From: Octopus vulgaris
Taxonomy: Eukaryota
Direction of reading: 5' to 3'
Length of the DNA: 64,000 bases
Assembly: GCA_951406725.2 (NCBI GenBank)
Contig: OX597833.1
Span: 58,094,001 to 58,158,000 of the forward strand
The notes below the pieces were generated by a model. The model ran no database searches, was not told the origin of the DNA, and saw nothing but the letters and a program-made list of their open reading frames with translations. Position numbers and translations under genes: made by a program. This document shows, in pieces, positions 1 to 12,846 of the stretch (position 1 is the stretch's first letter; each line of letters starts with the position of its first letter).

Positions 1-138
1 TGTCTTGGAATTGAAATTATGATGCCATGATCATGCATGCAACACCCTAACCAATTGTGTTTACCCTTTCACAATGTTTGGCTGTATTTTCAGGCACATT
101 TGGCTGCTATTTCTAGTCAGTCAGGCAACCAATTAGAG

Positions 139-438
139 CAGTGGTTCCTTAAAGTAGATATACTGCCCCTCTAAGGGTGGTGGAAAGATCTAAATGGGGT
201 GAGGTACGGGGCTGAAGAAAAGTGGGGACGCTAATGGGGCAGCCAAAAGGGGACGGTGGATGTAAAAAACAACAAAATAAAGGGATGATTAGGTTAAGAT
301 TTATTCGTGAAATACTGTGGTTTTGAATTTGCTTCAGAAAGAGGTCTATGCTTGTGATGGTTAGCTGGGAGGTGGGGTGCTAGGAATGTGGCCTGGGTGC
401 CAAGGGGGTGGCAACCTGAAAAAGTTTGGGAGCCACTG
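139..438. mobile_element. hAT (Charlie/Buster-like) MITE
   Basis: CAGTGGTTCC... / ...GGGAGCCACTG termini; degenerate 8-bp TSD AATTAGAG / ACGTAGAG. Confidence 0.65.
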
Positions 439-554
439 ACGTAGAGGCTTGTTTATAAGGGACCAATTCCAGTTGGCTTCTTACAAACTGGACACATCTT
501 CAAAAGAAATAATTTTCAAACCATATTCGTTTCTTCTTTCTTCTGCCTTTGTAG

Positions 555-1702
<1,148 letters not shown>

Positions 1703-2467
1703 TTTTTTTAGGCCTGTTTAAGTTTCTGGGTCAAACCATTGTACATGCGGATCACTTATTTGTAAATGTTGTTCTGACCAGAGCTGCCAGCCTGAATTGA
1801 AACCTGGACCATTTTGATACCAAATGGTTGTGTAGAGAAGATATTCGCTTCACACTTCACAACCAAGTGGTTTTGGGTTCAGTCCCACTGCATGGCACCT
1901 TAAACAAGTATCTTCTACTGTAGCCATGGGCTGACCAATGAATGCCTTGTGAGTGAATTTGGTAGCCAGAAGCAGCGTGGAAGCCTATAACACACACACA
2001 CACACACGCACACACATACACCCTCCTACCACTGCATTTACTATCATTATTACTACAACCGTGGAGGTGCAATGGCCCAGTGGTTAGGGCAGCGGACTCG
2101 CGGTCGGAGGATCGCGGTTTCGATTCCCAGACCGGGCGTTGTGAGTGTTTATTGAGCAAAAACACCTAAAAAGCTTCACGAGGCTCCAGCAGGGGTGGGT
2201 AGTGAACCCTGTTGTACTCTTTCACCACAACTTTCCCTCTCTCTTTCTTCCTGTTTCTTGAGTAATGCTGCGATGGACTGGCGTCCCATCCAGCTGGGGG
2301 TAACACATATGCCACAGAAACTGGGAAACCAGGCCCCATGAGCATGGCTAGGCTTGAAAAGGGTGAAAAAAAAAATTACTACAACCACCACCACCACCAC
2401 TACTGCCACTTCAAGTACTAAAAAAAAAAAGAAATATTGCATTTTTTTCCTTTCTACCTGCCAACAG

Positions 2468-2616
2468 GTAATCAAGGTCCACCAGGTGAGCGTTGACGCC
2501 TATCTCGAAGATATAATCATGAGTTCCTTAGAAGAAACTGCAGAGATCAAGTCTCGCAAGGAAATACAAGAACTGGCTGAGAAGGTTTGTGACATGGCGT
2601 ATGAAATGGAAGACAA
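2468..2616 (+). CDS. CFAP91: CFAP91 coding exon
   Basis: CAG acceptor at 2465-2467, phase 0, in frame with the previous exon. VIKVHQVSVDAYLEDIIMSSLEETAEIKSRKEIQELAEKVCDMAYEMED; donor AA|GTGAGT (phase 2). Confidence 0.9.
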
Positions 2617-2667
2617 GTGAGTATAGGACGTAGTTGTTGGTGTTTAGCTGTGTTGTTATAGTTGTGT

Positions 2668-3055
2668 GGAGGCGCAATGGCCCAGTGGTTAGGGCAGCGG
2701 ACTCGCGGTCATAGGATCGCGGTTTCGATTCCCAGACCGGGCGTTGTGTGAGTGTTTGTTGAGCGAAAACACCTAAAAAGCTCCACGAGGCTCCGGCAGG
2801 GGATGGTGGTGATCCCTGCTGTACTCTTTCACCACAACTTTCTCTCACTCTTATTTCCTGTTTCTGTTGTATCTGTATTTCAAGGGGCCGGCCTTGTCAC
2901 TCTCTGTGTCATGTTGAATATCCCCGAGAACTACGTTAAGGTTGCACGTGTCTGTGGAGTGCTCAGCCACTTACACGTTAATTTCACGAGCAGGCTGTTC
3001 CGTTGATTCGGATCAACCGGAACCCTCATCGTCGTAACCGACAGAGTGCTTCCAT
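2668..3055 (+). mobile_element. tRNA(Arg)-like SINE family A. Other copies: 2063-2366+, 9470-9777-, 13122-13410+, 25945-26325-, 31469-31851+, 52861-53240+, 53440-53793-, 58930-59314+
   Basis: Head GGAGGCGCAATGGCCCAGTGGTTAGGGCAGCGGACTCGCGG...GGTTTCGATTCCC with A/B boxes. TSDs are seen, e.g. AATTAGAAATT around the 58.9-kb copy and ATAAGAAATAAG around the 31.5-kb copy. Confidence 0.85.
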
Positions 3056-3107
3056 CTATATAGTTATGTAACATAGTTCTATATTTAAGAGAGGAGGAAT
3101 TATGTAC

Positions 3108-3259
3108 ATTATTTACATTATTTACATTTGACGGATATTTGTCCTCATCTTTTCTGTTGTTAACACAACATTTCGGCTGATATACCCTCCAGCCTTCTTC
3201 AGGTGTATTGGGGTAATTTTGAACCTGGTTTCTCATTCCTAAGGTATTTTTTGATGTTG

Positions 3260-3296
<37 letters not shown>

Positions 3297-3373
3297 CATA
3301 TGGCATAGTGTTTACGATTGCGGGGCTACTAAACCCAAGATTCCGAGTTTGATTCCAGGCAGTGACCTGAATG

Positions 3374-3410
<37 letters not shown>

Positions 3411-3557
3411 CATCAAAAAATACCTTAGGAATGAGAACCCAGATTCAAAATTTCCCCAAGACACCTGATGTAGGCTGGAGGGTATATCAGCTGAAACGTG
3501 TTAACAACAAATAAGATGAGGACAAATATCCGTCAAATGTAAATAATGTAAATAATT
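3108..3557. mobile_element. Inverted-repeat element with hammerhead-like motifs (Penelope-like remnant)
   Basis: Arms ~3108-3297 and ~3374-3557 are reverse complements around a ~75-bp tRNA-like spacer; each arm has CTGANG(A/T)-AGGCTG..CAGC(C/T)-GAAA. Confidence 0.6.
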
Positions 3558-3589
3558 GTGTAACAGTTAACATGCACGCGCACATCCAA

Positions 3590-3593
3590 TATG

Positions 3594-3685
<92 letters not shown>

Positions 3686-3824
3686 CATACCATATATATA
3701 TATATATATACATACCATATATATACATATATATATACATACCATATATATACATATATATATACATACCATATATATACATATATATATACATACCATA
3801 TATATACATATATATATACATACC

Positions 3825-3855
<31 letters not shown>

Positions 3856-3896
3856 TATATACATACATATATATATATATATACATATATATATAC

Positions 3897-3943
<47 letters not shown>

Positions 3944-4075
3944 CATACATATATATAAGTAGTTGTGTTGATGTAGTGTGCTGAGGTGTGTAAATATGCT
4001 GAAGTGTGTGCTATATGTATGTATATATGTATGTCTGTATGCATATGCATGTGTGTGTGTGTGTATATATATATA

Positions 4076-4129
<54 letters not shown>

Positions 4130-4133
4130 TATA
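3590..4133. repeat. (TA)n/(TG)n compound microsatellite with a 27-bp ACATACCATATATAT-based unit
   Basis: Direct reading; source of the many IYIY ORFs. Confidence 0.95.
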
Positions 4134-4458
4134 TCTGTAAATCCAGAAAAGATGAAGAACAAACACACAAAAAAAAAACAACAATGTGAGAACGTGGTAC
4201 ATGTAAAGCATTAGCAGATGCTCAGGGAAGGAAAGAAAGATGGTTTAGTGTTTTGAGCGAACGCTCTTCTTCGGAAACAGAGGAAAGTCCAATAGAAAGG
4301 AAGACAGAGGAATAATAATTGCCAACGATTCACATGTGGTTACAATTTGAAAATATCTGTATATATGTATATGTAGGTTTTGTAAATGTATGTATATGAT
4401 ATGTATATATAGTATATGTTATTATGTGCATGTGTATACACACACACACACACACACA

Positions 4459-4850
4459 GATGATGATGATGATGATGATGATGATGAGGAGGAGGAGGAG
4501 GAGGAGGAGTATGATGATGATGATGATGATGAGGATGAGGATGATGATGAGGATGATGATGATGATGAGGATGCTTGCGATGACGATGGTGAAGATGATG
4601 AGGATGATGATGATGATGAGGAGGAGGAGGAGGAGGATGAGTATGAGTATGATGATGATGATGATGATGATGATGAGGATGCTTGCGATGACGATGGTGA
4701 AGATGATGATGATGATGATGATGAGGAGGAGGATAATGATGATGATGAGGAGGAGGATGATGATGATGATGATGATGAGGATGATGATGATGATGATGAT
4801 GATGGGGAAGAGGTGGAGGAAGAGAAGGCGGATGTGGATGATAATGATGT
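4459..4850. repeat. (GAT)n/(GAG)n compound trinucleotide repeat with an internal duplication
   Basis: Direct reading; GAGGATGCTTGCGATGACGATGGTGAAGAT occurs twice (~4567, ~4675). It ends ~30 nt before the CFAP91 acceptor. Confidence 0.95.
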
Positions 4851-4878
4851 TAACAAGAACCATTTCTTATCTCTGCAG

Positions 4879-4970
4879 ACGTACTGAACTTGAAAGTGAA
4901 GAGATAGTCGGAGATTTGATCCATAATTTCCTGCTTCCAGATGTCCAGAAAGAACTCCTTAGAGAAAAAG
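4879..4970 (+). CDS. CFAP91: CFAP91 coding exon
   Basis: CTCTGCAG acceptor with phase-2 entry gives (K)RTELESEEIVGDLIHNFLLPDVQKELLREK; donor G|GT at 4970/4971 (phase 1). Confidence 0.88.
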
Positions 4971-5469
4971 GTTCTGTTCGGTTCCAAGGATTTTTTTTAC
5001 CAAATATTTTTCGTTAAATGTTTTTGATTCATGAATTTTAGCCTTTCAATGGTTTCAGTCCCTGGACCGTGGTCATGCTGGGGCACCACCATCAAAGGCT
5101 TTATAATCGATTATTACCCTGTCCCTAGTTCTTTGTCTGGTTCTTATTTCGTTAACCTCATCATAAGGAGGAAATATGCAAAACTGACCAGCAAAGTCAG
5201 CAGGTGTAAGAACAGTCAAACAGACTACCTTATTGTATTTTTGTTCACTGCACTGATCTGGGAATTGAAACCCTCTTCACCCAATCATGAATGCAACACT
5301 CTAGCCACTAGACCATATGCCTTCACACACACACACACACAGAGCAGTGGCCCTATTGATGATGGTGCTACATAAAAAGCACTTGTGTTGGAGTCACAGA
5401 AAAAGCACCCAGTACATTTTGTAAAGTGGTTGGTGTTAAGAAGGGCACCCAGCTGTAGAATATAAAAAT

Positions 5470-5980
5470 AAATGCGCCCTTTTAAAGCCTAGCCAGGCTC
5501 ATGGGCCCGGTTTTCCAGTTTCAATGGCGTATGTGTTCCCCAGCTGGATGAGACACCAGTCCATCGCAGCGTTACTCATTTTTGCCAGCTGAGTGAACTG
5601 GAGCAACGTGAAATGAAGTGTTTTGCTCAAGAACACAACGCGTCGCCCAGTCCAGGAATCGAAACCACAATCTTACGATCATGATGCTGACACCCTAACC
5701 ACTAAGTCATGTGCCACCACATAAAATAAATGCGCCCTTTTATAAAGCCTAGCCCGGCTCATGGGCCCGGTTCCCAGGTTTCTATGGCATATATGTTCTC
5801 TAGCTCGACGAGACACCAGTCCATCGCATCGTTACTCATTTTTGTCAGCTGAGTGGACTGGAGCAACATGAAATGAAGTGTTTTGCTCAATAACACAACA
5901 CATCGCCCGGTCCAGGAATTGAAACCACAATCTTACGGTCATGATGCTGACACCCTAACCACTAAGCCACGTGCTTCCAC
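5470..5980 (-). mobile_element. Two tandem copies of tRNA-derived SINE family E; a related head lies at 50790-51120 (+)
   Basis: Minus-strand head ...GGCTTAGTGGTTAGGGTGTCAGCATCATG...GGTTTCGATTCC; the 3' tail is shared with the family-A copies at 2063 and 13122. Confidence 0.75.
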
Positions 5981-7748
5981 ACCCAGCTGTAGACACCATG
6001 CTAAAACAGACAATGGAGCCTGGTGTGGTTCTTGGCCTTGCAAGTACCTGTCAAACCATCCAACCCATGCCAGCATGGAAAACAGACATAAAACAACGAT
6101 GATGACGACAATGACGATGGTGAATGACAGACGATGATGACAACGACAGTGTTCTCTGAAGCATAAAGCAATAAAATCCTCCCTGAGGGTCCCTTGTTCT
6201 TAAACATACCATTACAATGGATCAAAAGCTGGACAAAATTTAGTCTACCCAGAAGTGGCTGCTTTTGTGGTCACCTCTTGGACAATTCTAGTTCTGAGGT
6301 TGGTAGAAATGTTAGCACGCCAGGCGAAATGCTTAGCGGTATTTTGGCTACCGTTACGTTCTGAGTTCAAATTCCGCCTTTGCCTTTCATCCTTTCGGGG
6401 TCGATAAATTAAGTACCAGTTACGCACCGGGGTTGATGTAATCGACTTAATACCTATGTCTGTCTTTGCTTATCCCCTCTATGTTTAGCCCCTTGTGGGT
6501 AATAAAGAAATAGGTATACACAGGACTGGCCCTAGGGCTGCTGGTACCCCAGGCAAGCTGACAAGCTGACAGCCATGGAAATTTCCTTGTTTTGTCACAC
6601 CTTCCTTGGTACCCCTAGCACATCGTACCCCAGGTGACTGCTCGAGTTGCTGGTACCTTGAGCTGGCCCTGGGTATACTTTTTGCCTTTTACCTTTTACT
6701 TGTTTCAGTCACTAGACTGCGGCCATGCTGGGGCACCACCTTCAAGAATTTTCAGTTGAATGTGTTGAACTCAGTACTTACTTCTATAAGCCTGCCACTA
6801 ACTCTATCGGTCATTTTTGCTGAACCACTAAGTTACGCAGACACCAGCATCAGTTGTCAAGTGGTAATAGGAGACAAACATAGACACAAAGACACATACA
6901 TATATGCATATATATGATGGGCTTCTTTCAGTTTCTGTTAACCAAATCCACTCACAAGGCCTTGGTCAGCCTGAGACTATAGTAGAAGGTGCCATGTGAA
7001 ACCAGGACCATGTGATTGGGAAGAAAGCTTCATATTTCTTTACTGCCAACAAGGGGCTAAACATAGAGGGGACAAACAAGGACAGACAAACGGAATAAGT
7101 CAATTAGATCGACCCCAGTACGCAACTGGTACTTAATTTATAGACCCCGAAAGGATGAAAGGCAAAGTTGACCTCGGTGGAATTTGAACACAGAATGTAG
7201 CGGCAGACAAAATACCTATTTCTTTACTGCCAACAAGGGGCTAAACATAGAGGGGACAAACAAGGACAGACAAACGGAATAAGTCAATTAGATCGACCCC
7301 AGTACGCAACTGGTACTTAATTTATAGACCCCGAAAGGATGAAAGGCAAAGTTGACCTCGGTGGAATTTGAACACAGAATGTAGCAGCAGACAAAATACC
7401 TATTTCTTTATTACCCACAAGGGGCTAAACATAGAGAGGACAAACAAGGACAGACATAGGTATTAAGTCAATTACATCAAAGCCAGTGTGTAACTGGTAC
7501 TTATTTAATCGACCCTGAAAGGATGAAAGGCAAAGTTGACCTCGGTGGAATTTGAACACAGAATGTAGCGGCAGACGAAATACCGCTAAGCATTTCGTCC
7601 GGCGTGCTAACGTTTCTGCCAGCTTGCTGCCTTTTTACCACACTGCCACACCTACACTTTATTATGCTTTCTTAACGAAATACATCTGTAAAGGGATTAT
7701 TCCCAGATGGAAACCACTGCCTTAATATTCATAAATTGTAAACATATA

Positions 7749-8160
7749 GGCGCAGGAGTGGCTGTGTGGTAAGTAGCTTGTTTACCAACCACATGGTACC
7801 GGGTTCAGTCCCACTGCATGGCACCTTGGGCAAGTGTCTTCTACTATAGCCTCTATTGCCGACCAAACCCTTCTGAGTGGATTTGGTAGATGGAAACTGA
7901 AAGAAGCCCATCGTATATATGTATACACATATATGCGTGTGTGTGTTTGTGTGTCTGTGTTTGTCCCCCTAGCATTGCTTGACAACCGATGCTGGTGTGT
8001 TTACGTCCCCGTCACTTAGTGGTTCGGCAAAAAGAGACCGATAGAATAAGTACTGGGCTTACGAAAAGAATAAGTCCCGGGGTCGAGTTGCTCGACTAAA
8101 GGCGGTGCTCCAGCATGGCCGCAGTTAAATGACTGAAACAAGTAAAAGAGTAAAAGAGAG
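7749..8160 (+). mobile_element. SINE family B with CR1-like 3' tail. Other copies: ~6690-7030-, 8550-8712+, 19797-19950-, 21170-21293+, 22774-23170-, 28657-29070+, 31030-31311-, 57484-57897+
   Basis: Head GGCGCAGGAGTGGCTGTGTGGTAAG...GGTTCAGTCCC, CCTTGGGCAAGTG core, internal (TA/TG)n, tail GGCGGTGCTCCAGCATGGCCGCAG...CTGAAACAAGTAAAAGAG. Confidence 0.85.
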
Positions 8161-8830
8161 AGAGAGAGAGTTGGAATTCAACTTGGGACTGGAACAATAG
8201 AATAATTGCATCACTGAATTAATTCTCATCAGTCCTTAACCTCTGACCAAACACCACCAGGGTATACAGTCATCATAGATGTACTACTGTCATGCTATTT
8301 AGCTCTCTTTATTTTGGGGCCACAGGCTCAATTAGCCCTCTGTAGGAGCTGGCGTAAAAGTCCGCATGGAATGCAGTTTTCAAGTTGGTAAGTAATGAAG
8401 GACACATTCAAGATGTACTAAAGTGTATGGGGACAATGATGAATGATGTAGGTAGTTGATCTTCAAAAAGCAGCAGCCAAATAACTCTTTGATTAGATAA
8501 CACCCTACCGTTTTAAAAGAGGAAGGCCCTCCTTACATAACGCCATCTCAGATGCTGGTGTGTTTATGTCCCCATAACTTAGCGGTTCGGCAAAAGAGAC
8601 CGATAGAATAAGTACTGGGGTTACAAAAGAATAAGTCCCGGGGTCGAGTTGCTCGATTAAAGGCGATGCTCCAGCATGGCCGCAGTCAAATGACTGAAAC
8701 AAGTAAAAGAGTATGTCATATTGGCAGAGTTCCTTGTAGTTTTGTCCAGATCTAGTTTGCCTAAGCGTAATGTTGAGCCTTCACTGAAAAAAAGGCCTGT
8801 CTATATATGTTTGTTCTTATTCTCTTACAG

Positions 8831-8928
8831 TGAAACAGAAGCAGAGCAAATATTTACTGGCTGCCAGCAAAGAGGTACATGAAGGCACTTATAAAGCAAT
8901 AAATAAGGAAAAAGATCCAGAAGAATAA
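8831..8928 (+). CDS. CFAP91: CFAP91 last coding exon
   Basis: TCTCTTACAG acceptor with phase-1 entry gives (V)KQKQSKYLLAASKEVHEGTYKAINKEKDPEE*, TAA at 8926-8928. Resembles the recalled vertebrate V.Q.Q.K.ILAA end. Missed by the ORF track. Confidence 0.85.
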
Positions 8929-9131
8929 TGCACACGCACACATACATATACATATATACACAATCACACATACACACATGTCGATAAATGCATATATATT
9001 TGAACACACGCACACACGCAGACACACATACACACACGCATACATGCATTACATGTAAACATGCACATTCACATGTAGTTATGAATATATTTTTTGCGTA
9101 CATGATCTTTATATACCCTACATTATATGTG

Positions 9132-9137
9132 AATAAA
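9132..9137 (+). promoter_or_regulatory. Candidate polyadenylation signal of CFAP91
   Basis: AATAAA about 200 nt after the stop, followed by GT/T-rich sequence. Confidence 0.45.
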
Positions 9138-9776
9138 AATAATTTCATTGCTAGCTTCGGTGTGTTCAGTTTTTATCTCTCTTCCCCATCCCATATATAT
9201 ATATATATATATATATATATCATCATCATCATCGTTTAGCGTCCGTTTTCCATGCTAGCATGGGTTGGACGGTTCAACTGGGGTCTGTGAAGCCGGAAGG
9301 CTTCATCAGGCCCAGTCAGATCTGGCAGTGTTTCTACGGTTGGATGCCCTTCCTAACGCCAACCACTCCGAGAGTGTAGTGGGTGCTTTTTACGTGCCAC
9401 CCGCACAGGTGCCAGACAGAGATGGCAAACGGCCACGAACGGATGGTGCTTTTTACGTGATATATATATCACGTGATCATGTGACCGACCAGTCCATCAG
9501 ATGTAGTTACACATCGCTGGTCACAATGCGTTTGCATTGTTTTAGCCTTCAAATAACGCCACCCCGCTGGCTAAGCGAGCAGGCCAACAGAAGAAAGAGT
9601 GTGAGAGAAAGTTGCAATGAAAGAGTACAACAGGGGTCGCCATCCCCCCCTGCCGGTGCCTCGTGGGGCTTTAGGTGTTTTCGCTCAATAAACACTCACA
9701 ACGCCCGGTCTGGGAATCGAAACCGCGATCCTATGACCGCGAGTTTGCTGCCCTAACCACTGGGCCATTGTGCCTC

Positions 9777-9806
<30 letters not shown>

Positions 9807-9811
<5 letters not shown>

Positions 9812-10181
9812 TATAATGAGGGTACTACTATTAGTAGATACCAACACGCTAAGAGGGACCAATGCGGTCAAAACTACTAAAAATAAACAAAATATTACTG
9901 AATGCAAAACTTCAAAACACATCATTTTAAAAAGAATTCAGTTACATATCACATGTGATTTCGCATTTAATGCAGAATATGCATTTCATGTTCGAACATG
10001 AAATGCATATTCTGCATTAAATGCGAAATCACATGTGATATGTAACTGAATTCTTTTTTAAAATGATGTGTTTTGAAGTTTTGCATTCAGTAATATTTTG
10101 TTTATTTTTAGTAGTTTTGACCGCATTGGTCCCTCTTAGCGTGTTGGTATCTACTAATAGTAGTACCCTCATTATAATATA
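9807..10181. repeat. ~375-bp perfect palindrome with no spacer
   Basis: Centre CATGTTC|GAACATG at 9993/9994; the arms are identical except for one homopolymer base. Confidence 0.95.
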
Positions 10182-10282
10182 AATGAATAGTTTCAAAGAG
10201 GAAGAATTTACGGATTTTTTCTCTTACGAGGTTTTTCACGCTGACTACTGATAATTTCTTTTAAAGATTTTATCCTCAATTG

Positions 10283-10329
<47 letters not shown>

Positions 10330-10533
10330 CTACTACTGCTGTCCACAGGAATGTATATAAAGGACAAAAGACAGCCAGTCAACCACAGTTGAAATACTCC
10401 TGTCACAACCTGGGACCTTGAAGACTGCTTTAATGCAAGAAAGTATACTAGTCCCTTAATATTTGATATTCAATATTTCATCTATTCAATAAGATAATCA
10501 ATACTTCATTTCATTTTACTATATATACTATAT

Positions 10534-11970
10534 ATGGAACGAATAGTCAGAAGGAAACTAATCACCTTCCTTGAAGAAAATTACTTGCTGCCTGACACCC
10601 AACATGGTTTCCAACCAGGAAGAAGCTGCTTAACTCAGCTCCTACAACACTATGACTGGGTGTTGAAACAACTGCTCAACCACTCAAATGTGGAAGTCAT
10701 ATATCTCGACTTTGCAAAGGCCTTTGATAAAGTCGATCATGGAATGATATGTCACAAACTGCGTGATCTTGGTATAGTTGGAAAATTGGGAGAATGGCTT
10801 CATGACTTTCTAAAGGATAGAAGTCAGGTGGTAGTAGCCAATGGGGCCACTTCCATTAACACGCAAATAGTGAGCGGTGTTCCGCAAGGCACTGGTTTGG
10901 GACCACTACTGTTCATAATGGCCCTCTCAGACATGCCCTCAGCCATGCAGAGAGCCACGATCACAAGTTATGCAGATGATACAAAAGTTTCACAGGCAAT
11001 ACAGAACCCTGGAGACACTAAGCACCTGCAATGTGAGCTGGACAAAATATACAAGTGGGCTGAAAAGAATAGCATGCAGTTCAATGCTGAAAAGTTTCAA
11101 GCTTTATGCTATCAGCATGCAAAACTAAATGCAATACCCAATAAATACACTGGACCTGGAGGGATTGCAATCCCAGAGACACAATCAGTGCACGACCTGG
11201 GTATTTACATGAGTGATGATGCAACCTTTCATGTGCATGTTGCTAAATTGGCAATGAAATGTAGGCGGCTAACTGGATGGATTCTTAGAACCATTAGAAC
11301 AAGAGACCAGGAAACCGTGATGGTCCTCTGGGGGACACTTGTCCTAAGCCACTTTGACTATTGCTCTCAGCTATGGTCACCATCCAGTGTCAAGTTAATC
11401 ACAGAACTTGAGGCGATCCAACGAAGCTACACGAAGAAGATAGCCTCTGTGCAGCATATAAGCTAATGGGAAAGACTCAAAAGATTAAGACTCTATTCCT
11501 TAAAGCGTAGGCGAGAAAGATATGCCATAATATACATCTGGAAGATCCTAGAAGGACTTGTCCCAAACTTTGGCATCGAGAGTTACACAAATGCTAGAAC
11601 TGGGCGCCACTGCATGTTGCCAAGGACTCCAAATTTGCCATCAAGATGTAGGACAAGATACTGTGATAGCCTGGGCTTCCGAGGCCCACAGATCTTCAAT
11701 ATCCTCTCGAAGAACCTGAGAGACCTGCATGGGGTGGATGCAGATGTGTTTAAAATAAAACTGGATCTCTTCCTATCAGGTGTCCCAGATGAACCAACTT
11801 CACGGCAGGAGGTGCAGATGAGGGCAGCTGCATCAAACTCTCTCATGCACTAAATGGCAGTTGATAAAAAGCATTTGTGAAGTAAAATCATGTAGCAACA
11901 CCAAATGGCAGTGCCCCAGCATGGCCACAGTCCGTGAGCTGAAACTAGATAAAATAAAAAAAATAAAAAA
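10534..11970 (+). mobile_element. 5'-truncated CR1-group LINE, ORF2 reverse transcriptase C-half with 3' tail
   Basis: QHGF, LDFAKAFDKV, SGVPQGTGLGPLLF and YADD motifs. One in-frame TAA at 11464-11466, after which the frame continues (WERLKRLRLYSLKRRRERY...) to 11853; A-rich tail to 11970. Confidence 0.9.
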
Positions 11971-12794
11971 TACTATTTATATTATATATTCTGTATTCTA
12001 CACTAATATTATAAAGAATATAAATAAAACATAAAAAACAGACAGAGTTTGAATTCCTTTGAATAATATCATCATCATCATCATTTAGCGTCTGTTTTCC
12101 ATGCTAGCATGGGTTGGACGGTTCAACTGGGGTCTGTGAAGCCAGAAGGCTGCATCAGGCCCAGTCTGATCGGGCAGTGTTTCTACGGCTGGATGCCTTT
12201 CCTAACGCCAACCACTCCGCGAGTGTAGTGGGTGCTTTTTACGTGCCACCCGCACAGGAGCCAGACGGAGCTGGCAAACGGCCACAAACGGATGGTACTT
12301 TTACGTGCCAGGCGAGGCTGGCAACGGACACGAACGGATGGTGCTTTTACGTGCCACCGGCACGGGGGCCAGGCGAGGCTGGCAATGGCCACGAACAGAT
12401 GGTGCTTTTTACGTGTCACCGGCACGGAGGCCAGTCGGGGCGGCGCTGGCAACGGCCACAATCGGATGGTTCGCTTACTTGTCACCGGCACTGGTATCAC
12501 AGCCGCAATTTCCATTGATGTTGATCGACTTCGATTTTGGTTCTGCTTTCTGATATCTGATTTGATTTGGTTTGATTTGATTTTGATTTTGATTTTGATT
12601 TTCACTTGCCTCAACGGGTCTTCACAAGTGGAGTTTTGTGTCCCAAGAAGGAAAGGTACATATAAGTCGACTGGCTACATACCAGGTAGAGGCCACGGGT
12701 TATGGTCTCACTAGTCTTGCCGGGTCTTCTCACGCTCAGCATACTTCCATAGGTCTCGGTCTCTAGTCATTTCCTTGGTGAGACCTAAAGTGCG

Positions 12795-12846
<52 letters not shown>

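Noticed and set aside
2063-2135. tRNA gene (and similar heads at 7749, 50790 etc.)
   Set aside because: The heads continue into SINE bodies with tails and TSDs, and do not form a clean cloverleaf.
2752-3006. Recurrent ORFs such as MVVIPAVLFHHNF, HSQRPVWESKPRS and RPRKDERQ as a gene family
   Set aside because: Translations of SINE copies on either strand.
3487-4214. Multiple IYIY/YIYI ORFs
   Set aside because: Translations of (TA)n microsatellite.
4390-4887. 165-aa poly-Asp/Glu ORF (and the poly-Met, poly-Ile and poly-Ser frames)
   Set aside because: Trinucleotide microsatellite inside a CFAP91 intron; the true exon starts at 4879 in another frame and the CFAP91 phases already fit without it.
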